From: Neocallimastix sp. 'constans'
Taxonomy: Eukaryota
Direction: 5' to 3'
NCBI GenBank assembly: GCA_050613775.1
Contig: JBODTK010000137.1
Coordinates: 186,001-250,000, forward strand
DNA length: 64,000 nucleotides
Position 1 is the first letter of the stretch; each line of letters starts with the position of its first letter. Shown here in pieces: positions 42,046-62,482 of the stretch. A program made the translations under genes and the position numbers. The notes under the pieces are model-generated. The model had not been told where the DNA came from. It saw nothing but the letters and a program-made list of their open reading frames with translations, and did no database searches.

Positions 42046-44721
42046 ATGAAAAAATTTAGTTAGTATTTTATATATATATAATTATATAATAAAATTTATT
42101 TTTTCTATAAATAATAAAAATAAAAATTATTAAATATAGTATATATTTATAAATAGTTTCATTTAGGTTGGTCATACATATATCATATAAATAATTAACA
42201 ATAATTTAATATTAAAAAAATATTGTGATTGCTTAAAAATATTTATACATATATATATACATATATATATTTAATTATCTAGTTTTTTGTTTATTTTAAT
42301 TTTTACAATCGATATTGTTTATAGTAAAAGTATTTCAGGTAATTTGAAATTTTTTTTATTAGTTTTCTTGGTTTATATATATATTTAGATATTTAGATAT
42401 ACTATTATATATATGTATATATTTTATTTATTTTTAAAAAAATGTATATGATATCCATATTAAAAAATATCACATAATTTTAAATAATAATAATAATAAT
42501 AAATATAATAATATTCATGTAATGGATATGCTTAAAATAATTCATAAATGTTTTTTTAAATATACTTTATAATCATGTGCATGTTATAGAGAGTAAGTAT
42601 ATTTAATTTTAATTATATATATATTATATATATTAATTCTTGATTATATTATTATGAAAATAAATTTATTAAAATATAATTAATGTATACCTCTATTTAA
42701 ATTATTAAATATATATATAATAAATAAAACAAAAAGGTTCAACTGATGAAAGATGTGGTAAAGGTGTTGGATCTTGCAAAAATGGGGAATGTTGTAGTAA
42801 ATATGGTTGGTGTGGAAAAACAGATAAGCATTGTAAAGTAGAAGAAGGTTGTCAATCCGAATTTGGAAAATGCTCTTCAAAAACTAATGACACTAATGGA
42901 AAGTGTGGTAAAGGTATTGGATCTTGTAAAAATGGGGAATGTTGTAGTAAATATGGTTGGTGTGGAAAAACAGATAAGTATTGTAATATCGAAAAAGGTT
43001 GTCAGTCTGAATTTGGAAAATGTAATCCAACAGTTACTGAAACAACAACTAAAACTTCTGATGAAACATCTGTTGGAAAATGTGGTAAAGGTATTGGATC
43101 TTGCAAAAATGGGGAATGTTGTAGTAAATATGGTTGGTGTGGAAAAACAGATAAGTATTGTAATATCGAAAAAGGTTGTCAATCTGAATTTGGAAAATGT
43201 AATCCAACAGTTACTGAAACAACAACTAAAGCTTCTGATGAAACATCTGTTGGAAAATGTGGTAAAGGTATTGGATCTTGCAAAAATGGGGAATGTTGTA
43301 GTAAATATGGTTGGTGTGGAAAAACAGATAAGTATTGTAATATCGAAAAAGGTTGTCAGTCTGAATTTGGAAAATGTAATCCAACAGTTACTGAGACTAC
43401 AACTAAAACTCCTGAAGAAACACCTGTTGGAAAATGTGGTAAAGGATATAGTTCATGTAAGAATGGTGAATGCTGTTCTAAATATGGATGGTGTGGAAAG
43501 ACAGATGCCTATTGTGAAATAAACAGAGGATGTCAACCCGAATTTGGTTATTGTAATGAAAAAATTGAAAATACTAATCCTGTAAATAATAGTACAGTTA
43601 TTTCTAATACTCACTTTGATTTTTCATTTTTAAAAATGGAAAATGATAAGAATAATATGCTCTATAGTCCATTATCTATTAAATATGCATTGTATATGCT
43701 AAAAGATGGAGCAAATAGTAATACTTTTGATGAAATAAATAAAGTAGTAGGAAATACGGAACTTCCTAAATACAAAAGCATTGATAAAAATTTATCATTA
43801 GCAAATGGATTATTTATAAGAGATACATATTATGAAAATGTAGAAAAATTATATATAAATACATTAAAAGAAAAATATGACGCTGAAGTAGTAAAAGATG
43901 AATTTAAAGATGCTCAAAATGTTAATCAATGGATTGAAGATAAAACATTGGGAATTATTAAGAATATGCTAAAGGATGAAGTGGTTCAAGAGCCACTCAA
44001 TGTAATGCTTATCGTCAATGCACTTGCTATAGATATGAAATGGGAAAGCTCTTTCGATTTTGAAAAAACTCAAGGAGAAACCTTTTATTTGGATGATGGC
44101 CAAGAAATGAAAGCGACAACAATGATTAAAAGAAAAATAAAAAGTAAAATATATAGTTTTTATAAAGATGACGACATCACTGTTCTTACCATGGATTTAA
44201 AAGACTATGATAAAACGCAATTTGAATTTATGGCAATAATGCCAAAAGAAAACTTAAGTACTTTTATTGAAAATGTATCTGAAGAACAAGTAAATCAAAT
44301 CGATAAAAAGCTTAAATTGTCCTCCAATGAAAAAGATGGAATTAACATTAAAATACCAAAATTTAAATTTAATTATAATTTAAAATTAAAAAAAGATTTA
44401 ATAGATTTAGGAATAAAAGATGCTTTTAATAGTAAAAATGCAGACTTTTCAAAGATATCGAAGTTAAATGATATCTCTGTTTCAGATGCTCTTCATAAAG
44501 CTGATATTGAATTTACAGAAGAGGGAGTAAAAGCAGCAGCAGTAACAGTATTCCATATGACACTTAGTACTGGACCAGATGAAAAATCATTCCCAGTTGA
44601 TATAATAATAAATAAACCATTTATGTTTATTATAAGAGATAAAAACACAAAAGCTATATGGTTTACTGGAACAGTATATAAACCAAATTCATGGATAGAA
44701 GATAAAAAATTATATATATAA
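42046..44721 (+). CDS. Secreted serpin with five N-terminal CBM18 (hevein-like chitin-binding) repeats; exons 42046-42062, 42283-42338, 42737-44721, ~685 aa
   Basis: Frame is open from 42724 through five CGKG..SCKNGECCSKYGWCGKTD..C....GCQ.EFG.C repeats with Thr-rich linkers into the serpin (YSPLSI, NAL...W, EEGVKAAAVT, NKPFMFIIRD). Upstream in-phase exons give the signal peptide MKKFSYFLFILIFTIDIVYS; the 5' exons are less certain. Confidence 0.9.
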
Positions 44722-45448
44722 CAACCGATTTGTATTGAGTACTAAGATATGATGGGTACATTAATTATTTATAAAGTTAATATTTTAGTTATGATAGATG
44801 AATATGTTGAATTTAATTATTTTAAAATGTACATGTAATCATTTCAAATCTTAATCTAATGTATTAAATATAATAAATTTTACAAATATAAAAATTTATT
44901 TAATTTTATATATATATATATATATACATATCTTATTAGTAATTTTATTTATATAACCTTTTTTATTTCTATAAAATAGTTTCTTTATATGAGAGAATAA
45001 TTATTTAGAGAAATCAAAGTCCATTAATATAAAATACATATTATATATAATTTTTTTTTTTTTCGTTTTTATTATTAAGTAATTCATTACCTTAATTATT
45101 TTATGATAATATTATATAATATTTTTACTGTTTCAGTGAATAAATATATTATTATTACTATTACTATTACTACTACTACTATATTATTATTATTTTTATT
45201 ATTATCTTATTACTTCATTAGCCAAATCATAAATAGTTGTTAAAGTTTATATGATTTTATATATATTGTACATTATAGTATTACAAATGTTTTATTGTAT
45301 GTAACATGCAAATAGTTTAAAATAGAAACAATATGAAATATTGAATAATTGAGTCCATTTTATCATAAAGTTATTATTAAATAGAATATGTATTAAATAT
45401 ATCATTATTTTTGTATAAATTATACATTTTGTGTCAGACTCCTTAACT

Positions 45449-45749
45449 GATTAAGAGTCTCATTGCTTATAGACCTAAATTATATTTAAAATTTTAATTA
45501 AGAATAAAAATGTAGTAATATAATTAAATTTTTATTTTTTTTATAAAAAAATGGGGAAAAAGAAAAGGTAAATAAAAATCAATTGAAGAAAATTCTAGTT
45601 CATTGACTCCAACGGATATTAAGGACAATGAATCTATTTCTTTCTTTCAATGACTGTAAAAATCATGAATTATCTGAAGATTCTGATAATAATATGAAAA
45701 TAATAAAAGGATTATTATTGATAAAATTTGAGTCAAGTTTGCTGCCGTT

Positions 45750-45781
<32 letters not shown>

Positions 45782-46020
45782 AAATTAAATATTTTAGTAA
45801 CGTATTAAAATCAGTTTTTGATATAAAAGACTTTAAGCTAATAAAGGAAAACTTTTTTACAATGCTACGAGCCTCTGATGAGACATTTAATTGCAAATGA
45901 TTTTGATATTTACATTGACAAAAGAATAAAAGTATATGATATGAATATAGTTCAGATTAAGTCTGATAATGCATTTCAATCTATTATAATAATTATCCTT
46001 GATGAATCAACTCAAATGAC
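45449..46020 (+). mobile_element. Heavily deleted Copia remnant
   Basis: GATTAAGAGTCTCA at 45449-45462; IDSNG near 45602; integrase-like VQIKSDNAFQ near 45950. Confidence 0.5.
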
Positions 46021-46519
46021 TATTTTATTTAATTTTATTTTATTCAATTTGTACTTTACATTTATATTTCAATTATTTATTTTATTTTATTTTTTTTTTT
46101 TTTATTTTATTTTTATTCCATCTATATTTTATATTTATATTTAAACTTTTTATTTTATTTTATTTTATTTTATTTTTATTTAATCTATATTTCAGTTATT
46201 TAATTTAATTTAATTTATATTATTTTATATAATTTTATATTATTTAATTTTATTTTATTTAATTTAATTTAAATTTTTTTTATATATTTAATTTTTTTTT
46301 TTTTTTTTTTTTTTTATTTGTATATGAAGTTACCTTTATAAAGGATTAAATAATAAAAAAAAAAGAATTATTATTATTATAAAAAAATTATAAATTTTGT
46401 AATTATTTTAGTTTTATTTGTATATTTTTTTAACATTTACTATTTTAAATATTTTATTTTGTTAATTTTGATAAAATAATATTTTGTAATATTATAAAAA
46501 GATTTATATTTTGTTAATA

Positions 46520-46683
<164 letters not shown>

Positions 46684-46860
46684 TCTTTTTTTTTTTTAAA
46701 AAACTTAAAATAATAAATATAAAGTAATAGATATAAACTTTATAACAAAATAAGAAAAAATTGTATATAAATATTGTCATCTTCAAATAGTAAATATAAT
46801 TGTCTTTGTCTTTTTTTTTTTTTTATTTTTATGCTGCTCATGAAGTATACTAATCGAAAA

Positions 46861-46914
46861 TAGAAGATATAGAAGATATAGAAGATATAGAAGATATAGA
46901 AGATATAGAAGATA
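46861..46914. repeat. 9-bp tandem repeat (TAGAAGATA) x6
   Basis: Direct reading. Confidence 0.9.
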
Positions 46915-46957
46915 ATTCAAATATAAATATTTTAATTAAAAAAAGAATTTTGATGAA

Positions 46958-46993
<36 letters not shown>

Positions 46994-47486
46994 TTAATAT
47001 CAAGGAGCATAAATTGTAGAGAATACAAAAATTATTATTATTATTACGTTGTATTATTATGTAATAATTTATCAATAATTTTTTTTTTTTTAAAAAAAAA
47101 GAAACTCAATTTTTTTGAAGTATACCTTATTTAAGATTTATATATATGTATATATGTGTGTACATATTTTAATATAATATGTAATATTTGTTAAATAACA
47201 AAAAAAAAATAATTTATCTATAGAATACAAAATATAAAATATTATTTTGAAATATTGAATATCACACTTTAAATAATAAATAAAATAATTAATATTAATT
47301 ATTTTATTTAAATGTCACTAATTATTATTAAATAATACACATAGTATTAAATGTTTAATTTTAAAACAGTAAACATATAAAATAAAAAAAATATTAGAGC
47401 AATAATAAGTGAAATTTTAATTATAATATATGTATATACTTTTTTCATAAAATTTATTTTATTGAATTTAAAATTATATATAAAAG

Positions 47487-47876
47487 ATGGATAAAAAACC
47501 TACAACAACGGCAGTGACAAGTGTACTGGCTAAAACAGATACTAGTTTAAAAGCTAATACAACACCATTATTAACTGCTTCTATTGGAAGCACAGTAACG
47601 GCACCACCATTACCTTTAGTACCTTTAGCAAAAAAGAAAAAAACTGTAGCAAAAAGGAAAAAAGTTTCTCAAGCCTGCGTATATTGTAGACGATCACATA
47701 TGACATGTGGTAATTATTTATATATATATATATATATATATTGATATTATACAATATATATTTAAATGTATATATTATAGTTGTTAATATATATATAATA
47801 AAAATAAAAAAAATATTTATAATATATAAAACAAAAACTATATGTTATAAATTATATAAGTATTTAATAAAATTTG

Positions 47877-47907
<31 letters not shown>

Positions 47908-49766
47908 TTTAATTATATATGAAATACAAATTATATATATAAGATGAAGGAAGACCTTGCCAAAGATGTATTAAGGTATAAAATTATTTATATATTTATA
48001 AATTTATAAGATATTATTTATATATAAATAAATCCTTAATTTTTTTTAATTTTAAATATATATACTGATAAAATGACTTTACTAAGATATTATATATTAT
48101 TGAATAATTTTAATTATTTATATAATAATTATATTATTATCATATATTGATATTTAAAAAAAATTATATATTTTTATGAAATTATGTATAAATTTATATA
48201 AACTATAATTTATAATTTTTATTATTTAACATATACACACGTTCATTTTAAAATTTTTATACAAATAAAATATATATATTCAATAATTATAAATTATTTA
48301 ATATTTAATAAATTATATAGAGAAATATCGCACATTTATGTCATGATGAACCAAAAACGAATAAAAAAAATAAAAAGAAGAATGGTAAGGATGCTAAAGG
48401 AAATAAAACTACTAATACTAATAGTAGTACTATTACAAAATCACAAAATATGATAAATGCACCAACGCCGACTCCACCATTACCTCTTCAAAAAATGAAT
48501 AGTACTACGAATCCATCACCTCTTGCAACACCATATTCTAATTTGTATTTACAGCAAGGAATAAATCCATTTTATAATATGAATTATACTTCATTTAATC
48601 CTATTTTTTCTAATGATTATGTAGGTAGTGAATTAAATGTTATTAGTGACTTCTTAGCTACATTAGATGATCCTAATTTTAATTCACAACTTGCTCAAAA
48701 TAATACTTCATTAACTACAAATGATTCTATGACTAATACATCACCTATCGCTAACGCTGAAATATCGAATGATTCAGCATCAACTTCACTAATGAATCCA
48801 TTAGAAAATTCTGTCAAAAGTGATAATGAAATTTCTTCAACTTCAAATAATAATAATTTTGATGCTCATGAAAGTAAAACTGAACAATTTATATTGAAAG
48901 CTGCAGATCCACCACATAAAACCTCTGCAGAAAGATTAGCTGCATTTCTTAATGCAAAATATGAAGCTGGTTTATTGAAGCCATTTAATCATGTAAATGG
49001 ATATACACGTTTACAAAAATATATGGAAAAAAATCTTTCAAAATCAAGTCGACAGCGTATCATAAATGTTATTGAGCTATTTAAACCTTCTTTTAAAGCG
49101 GTCGCCCAATCTCTAACAGATATTGATTTAATTTTAGTAGAAGAAGCATTTGAGCGATTACTTTTAGAATATGATAGAGTATTTACAAGTATGGGTATAC
49201 CTTCTTGTTTATGGCGTCGAACTGGAGAAATTTTCAAAAGTAATAAAGAATTTGCAGATTTAATTAATATGTCAATGGATGATTTTAGGGAAGGAAAATT
49301 TTGTATTTATGAACTTTTAGTAGAAGAATCAGCTGTAAATTATTGGGAAAAATATGGTAATATTGCTTTTGATCCAGGACAAAAAGCGGTATTAACCTCT
49401 TGTGTTTTGAGAAATCCAAGAAAACCATCACAAGGAGTTAGTTGTTGTTTTTCAGTAAGTTATATATATATATATATATAATTTAATTTAATAAAATATA
49501 ATGCGTCTATGCTAAAATATAGAATAATCAGTATTATTAAATTAAACTATTAAAATATTGACTTTTAGTATATATTTAAATAAATAAATAAAAATAGTAA
49601 GAATAATAAACAATATGATACTAATGGTATATATCTATATATAAATAATATTTAATTTTATTATCTATCTATATAATTTTTTTATTATGAATAAACTCAG
49701 TTTACTATAAGGAGAGATAAATATAATATACCAATGATGATTGTAGGAAACTTTCTTCCTGCTTAA
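47487..49766 (+). CDS. RDS2: Zn2Cys6 transcription factor with C-terminal PAS-like domain, Rds2/AcuM type; exons 47487-47709, 47944-47975, 48321-49454, 49701-49766, ~484 aa
   Basis: Spliced CVYCRRSHMTCDEGRPCQRCIKRNIAHLCHD, LWRRTGEI and C-terminal CCFSFTIRRD..IP..IVGNFLP. All introns are GT-AG and in phase. Confidence 0.9.
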
Positions 49767-49797
<31 letters not shown>

Positions 49798-49898
49798 GAT
49801 TTCATATATATATCATATATTTATAGGACTAATAATAATATTAATAAAAATTTTTTTTTTAAAATAATATTATAAAACTTATATTATTATTAAACTCT

Positions 49899-49948
<50 letters not shown>

Positions 49949-50779
49949 TTATATAATAACTTAAATAATAATTTTTTATTTTTATTATTTTATATATTGA
50001 ATTATATATATATTTCATAATAATAATAATAATAATAATAATATAAATTTCATAATAAAATAAATTAAGCTATAATATATTATTTTCATTATTATTTTTT
50101 CAAATTCATATATTAAGAATTTATTATAATATTAGATAAATCTTAAAATCTTCAAAAAAAAAAAAAAAATAGTAATTCTTAATCCTTTATGTTATCTTAT
50201 TGTGTTAATAATTAATCAAACTAAAAGTTTAAATTGTAATGTATAGAATAATTTATTTTAAAACTGTCTATTTTTTTTACAATTTTTTTTTTTTTTTTTT
50301 TTAAATTAAAATTAAAAATCAATATTTATAATTAACCATTTAATTATTATCCAATAAGGAATATATAATTTTTTTAATATTATAATTGTTATTAAAATTT
50401 TGAATTAATTTTGATTTGGGAATATAAAAATTATTATCAATCTTATAAAATTTTATCATTTTAATTTAAAATTAAGAAAACTTTAAAAGTTTTAAATAAT
50501 TATATATAATATAAAATTTAAATATTTAAAATTTTTTTTTTATTTTTTTATTTTTATTTTATTTTATTTTATTTTTTTTTTTAAAAAATATTTAGAAAAT
50601 ATAATTAAATATATATGAATATATATTCATAAATGGAATGAAGAAAAAATTTTATTATTTTATAGTAATATTAGTAAAAATAATAAGAGATATGATACCA
50701 AAAAAAAAAAAAAATATCAGATGTAACCAAAAAAAAAATAAAAATATAAAGTATATTTTTTATACTCAGGAAAAAATAA

Positions 50780-50823
<44 letters not shown>

Positions 50824-51549
50824 GGTAAAGAATAATAAAAAAATATAAATTAATATAATTATTTTTTTATTCGTTTGTAAAATAAAAATAAAAAATAAAT
50901 AAATAAATAAAATTTTATTATTACTATTATAAGCATATTAAATATTATTTTAAATATTTAATAACAAATTATTCTATACTTATTCTATAATTTAATAATA
51001 AGTTGATATTATAAAATAATAATTAATTTTTATGTTTATGAATAAATTATTACTTATGATTAAGATCTTTTAATATTTTCTACTAAAATTATTATTATTA
51101 TTTTCTAATCTAAAATTTTTATTTTTTTTTTTTTTTTAAACTAAAATTTTCTTAAAGTTAATTTTTTAACTAGTTTTTATATCTCAAAAATAAATATGTT
51201 TTCTATTTTTTAAAGTTTAAATTTTTAATTAAATCAATTAAATCATTAAATTAATTTTGCTAATAAATAAAATTAAAAAAAAAAATAAATTATTTTATTT
51301 TAAATGGAATTAATTTAGAATTACCATTTTTTAAAATTTTTAAAAAATTCTTTTAATAATATTAGTACTAAATTTATAAAATTAAAATGATATTTCTAAT
51401 TTATTAGTTTTAGCATATATATTTAATATTATTTTATTTCTTTGTATATCTTATTAATTGTATCCTAAAAATAATTTGATTGAATTGGTACAAATATAAA
51501 TAAAGGTTTTTATTGACATTTCTGTAAGCTTGATATGAAAATTGAGCAA

Positions 51550-51583
<34 letters not shown>

Positions 51584-53129
51584 AATTGAACATGGTACAG
51601 ATATAAAATAAAATAGATGAATTACTAAAAAATGAGTATTTTTATATTATTTTAAGAATACCTTTTTTTTTTTTTTTTTTTTTTTTTTTCTTTTTAAAAA
51701 AAAAAAACAAAACCAGAAGCATATTAAAAATAAAAATTAACATAATATATTATTATATTATTTTATAATAAATTATTTTTGAAAGCTTTAAAAAAAGTAA
51801 TATTCTATAAATATCATATTATGTTAAACTAACATAATTTTTTTTTAAGGAGTTGTATATTAATATATAAATTAATTATAATAATGACATTAATATTTTT
51901 AGTTCATATAATACATATTTTTATTTATATCTTTTATTTTTTTGGCTGTTAATGAATAATTTTTTCTTTTGATAATTTCTTCACTTTTCTAATGATTTTT
52001 ATTGTTTATGGAATTATAATTCTTTTTTATAACTAATTTATTTTTGTATTTGAAATATGAAAATAAAAATAAATATTTATAAAAATTAAAAAAATTTTTT
52101 AAATAACTTTACTTGATTAATACAATATTATTATTTAAAATTATAGTTTAAAAAAAAATATTTATATAAAAACATTATTTTTAAGATTTTATTATTTATT
52201 TATTTATTTGCATATATATACATATATATGCATACATATTTTAATAAGATTGGATTTTGAAATATCTATTATCTTTTTTTTTTTTTTTATTTTTACAAAA
52301 AAATAAAAATTTTTGTATTCATAACAAAAAAAAGTGAAAAAAAAAAAAACGAAAAACGAAAAATAAAAATTAGACCAAAATTACAAAATTTTATCAAAAA
52401 AATAAAAAATTAAAAAATAAAAATAAAAAAAAAAGTAAAAAGAAAAAATAATTACTTGTCAATTTGTCAATAATACTCTAAAGCTAAAATAATAATTGTT
52501 AAAACAATTATAAAGGTAGAAACAAAAGATTATATAAAAATAATAATACTTATTATTATTATTTTTTTATTAATATTGAATATTTTAAATTTATTATTGA
52601 AATTTGTTACCACTATCAATCAATTTTTTTTTTTTTTTTTTTAACTATTAACACTACAAAAAATAATTTCAGTTCATTTTTATATTTATTATTATTATTA
52701 TTAAATTATTTTTCCAATTTTTTTTAAAAATATTTAAGTCATATTTGAGTTTATTTAATTTATTTTTAATATTTAAACTATTTATAAAAAAGTTTTTAAT
52801 TGTAATATACATTACGTATATTAGATAGTATTGGATATAATAACAAGGGTTATATATCAAAATTTGTAGAGGATCATGTAAATTACGTTATATTTATTAA
52901 AAACATAAATAGTTTCAATTTTTTATACTAAAGAAAGTATCATATAATTCAACAATTATATGAAGCTCCAAACCTATATAAATAAATAAATATATATATA
53001 TTTCCTTCATAATTATTTTATTGACTTTTAGAGTGAATAAGTATGATGTTTATATATAAAGTCATAATCAAATAGTTTATATTTGAATAATATATTTATT
53101 GATAAAAATTTTTGGTCATATATATATTA

Positions 53130-53880
53130 TTATTCATATTTTAATACTGTTCTATATTGTTGGAATGACATACTAAACTCATTGCCAACTCTTCTTCCCA
53201 ATTAATAGTATTAACATTGGCTTTTCCTTTCTCTATCAATATTTTTATAATATTATAACTATGGTAACATTTAAATATGATTGTTAATACAGTATTTCTT
53301 TTGATAGTATCTAGGACATTGTTTTCAGCTTGATGTTTAATTAATAAATCTATTATTGAATAATTACTATATTAACAAGTTATCCTTAATGGTAATTCAT
53401 TTTTAATGGTAGCTATAATGACATCGACTCCATTTAAAATTATAGTTATTCAAACGTTATCATTACCATTAAAACAAGTCAAAGTCATGGCCAATGGAGT
53501 GATGCCCTGATTATTTTGAGAATTTTTATTAATATTAGGTGGTAATAAAATTTTTACTAAAGTAATGATACAATCCCATTCGTAATGTAAACTAGCACAA
53601 ACACAATGAAGTGCTGCACTATCATCTTAATTAATTGCATTAATATCAATATAATATTCAGGTTTAATTTTCATTCATCTAAATAAATGATAATAAATTT
53701 TTTCATCCATATTCATTTGTGGCATAAATTAATAATAAATTAATTTCTATTTGGGAAGTTTCCTCAATTCTAATTCATAATGTTGAAATAATAATTTGAA
53801 TTCTATATTTAATTATATTTTTGATTTGTCTACTTCCATATAGTTCAATTTTTTCTTAAGAGATACAACAATTTCTTTAT
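53130..53880 (-). pseudogene. Ankyrin-repeat pseudogene fragment
   Basis: Minus-strand pieces IDINAIN*DDSAALHCVC, QGITPLAM and KGKANVNTINWEEELAMSLVC, with a stop and frameshifts. Confidence 0.6.
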
Positions 53881-53950
53881 GAAAAGGTATTAATTTAAAT
53901 CTAAATTTATAAATAATATTAATAATAATGGCAATAATAATAATAATTAT

Positions 53951-54152
53951 TGTTAAGAGTCTGGAGTTTATAATTATATTAACTATATTAATACATTTTA
54001 TGATAAAATGTTAACTTTAAACTATTTTAAATTTATTGTATTTATATTAAAATATTGTGGCTTATATATAAATAATATAATAATATATTTCAATACATAT
54101 ATTTGAACATATATTTGAAGCTTATTTTTCATATATTTCACGTACTCTAACA
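53951..54152 (+). mobile_element. Probable solo LTR (~200 bp)
   Basis: TGTTAAGAG...CTCTAACA ends; flanks ATTAT/ATAAT. Internal motifs TGTGGCTTATA and TTTTTCATAT(AT)TTCAC recur at ~29137-29400 and ~30238-30300. Confidence 0.5.
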
Positions 54153-54901
54153 ATAATAATAATGACAATAATATTTATACTAATTAATAATAAATAGATA
54201 AATAAGTAATAAATAAATATATAAATAATAACAATTATAATAATAAATATTCAATATATATTAAAAATATATTAAATAATTTTATATAAATTTAGTAAAG
54301 ATTATGTAATATATAAGCTTAAGATTTTCTAACTGTTGTATTAGGTCATTAAGGTTTATATTTTAAGTAATGAAAATAATTGAAATAAAATATTAAGTGG
54401 CTGATTAAAATTGGTTATAAAAAAACATAAATTAAAAAAAATTTTTTTTTTTTCATTTTAAAGAAAATTTTTAGTTTTTTTAATTATAAAGATATAATGA
54501 AATTCAAGGACTTTATATTAATATTAAAACTTTAAATTCATATAAATTTAACATAATATTTTTTTAAAAAAAGTTACTGAAATTTATGTGCATACATTAT
54601 ACATATATATTTAATTAATGTAATCTTGAACTTCAAATTATAAATTTTTGAAAAAAGAATTTAAAGTTTTTGGATAAATCATAATTAAATTATTAAAAGT
54701 ATTTATTAATTTAAATAATTCGTATAAATATTTTATTTTATTTAAAATTTGTGCATAGTACGGATTACTGATAAATTCTAAAAATTTAAATTTTTAATTT
54801 TTTTTATTATTTCAATACTTTTTTATTATATAATAAATTAAAGAATTTTAATTTGGGAGATTTTTTATTAATTATAACTACTCAAAATATAATTTAAAGA
54901 T

Positions 54902-54946
<45 letters not shown>

Positions 54947-55220
54947 GTTTATTATGCTTTAAACAATAACTATATTATGTATTTCAATTTGTTTCGTTTC
55001 ATTTAATTCCTTATTTATATAAATTGTATGATAGTAAAATATAAATATACTCTACATGAATAATAAAATAATAAATAATAAAATAATAAAAAAATACACA
55101 TATATTATCAAAATTTCTGAAATAACTTGTGTTAAATTTCATTTCAGTTATATCAATAATTATTAAATATTAAATATTAATATTAAATAAATTCAAAAAC
55201 TACTTTAATGAATATTGACT

Positions 55221-61013
<5,793 letters not shown>

Positions 61014-61125
61014 TATTTATAATATTTATTAATAAGAAATAAATATTATATACTATTTTTATTATAAAACAATATGTATGATTTACAAATTAATATATAT
61101 TAAATTTTATAAAGAAAATACACTA

Positions 61126-61175
<50 letters not shown>

Positions 61176-61182
61176 ATTTTTA

Positions 61183-61257
<75 letters not shown>

Positions 61258-61524
61258 GTATTAGTATTAGTATTAGTATTAGTATTATTATTATTATTAA
61301 AAAAGAATAATATTATAAAGGCTTAATTAAAAATGAACAAATAATATACTTTAATACATAGTACACAAATAAATCTACATTAAAAATTTTTTATACATAG
61401 GTGAGATAAGATACTAATAGTTATCTTACTATTAATATAGTTCATCATCATGACTTAAATTAGAAAATTTTAAAGTAAATTCAATATATTATTACACGTA
61501 TTTTTCTTTCTTTCTTTCTATCTT

Positions 61525-61555
<31 letters not shown>

Positions 61556-62482
61556 TGAATATTTTTTAATTCTAATTAAGATTTCATTCTTATTAGCCCT
61601 CCTAAGCGAAAAAAGTATTTTCATTTTGCTTTTATTTTATAATGAGAGAAATTAACACAAAACCGTAAGCAAAATAAACTTCCACGGTATATTTTATTTC
61701 TAATATTAATACTATATTTATTGAATAAATTTTTTCTTAAATTTGTCAATTTTTAAGACATATATTTTTTCAATATGTAAAGTTAAATATACTCTTACAA
61801 TCATATCACCAAAACAATTACAGAATGTTGGACATTCCACTAACATAATATTCCAAAAAAAAAAAAATAAAAAAAAAAAAAAAAATAAAATAAAAAAAAA
61901 AAAAAAAAAATAAAAAATAAAAAATTGTGAATAGCGTAATTTTCTTGAGATATTCTCAAAATGAATATTTTAAAGATCATCAAAATCCATCTTTCGAAAT
62001 TATAATAAATCAATAATAGAGCTGTTGAAAAATATAAAATTAATTTATTTCAGATGAAGTTTTAAAAGACAATTTTAATAATGAATAAATATGATAAATA
62101 TATATATATAAAAGAAAATGAAAAAGAATAAAAAAATTAAAATGCTTCAGTATTAATACTAAAACTTCAAATATATTTTATACTTATAAATAAATAATAA
62201 TTATTACTAAAATCCTTTAAAAATATTTTTATGTTTGTATATGTATAATTTTTTTTATTTATTTTAAAATATGTAATGTGTATAGTTTTTTTTTTTTTAA
62301 TAATACTATATTATTTTAATACTAATAATATAAAAATTAATGATATTTATATAAATTTAAAAAAAAAAAAAAAAAAAATAAAAATTAAAAAAGATTTTTT
62401 TAAAGGCTATTATGTATTTAGATAATATCCATTAATTATGAGTTTAAAATAAAAATGAATTTATTGTATTATAAAATAATAT

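Noticed and set aside
42863..43522. 219-aa ORF MENALQK...
   Set aside because: Off-frame shadow of the CBM18 repeats, which are in the serpin frame.
61580..62060. Slightly GC-richer patch between the FYVE gene and CRM1
   Set aside because: Possibly decayed coding sequence, but no sustained frame or recognisable motif.
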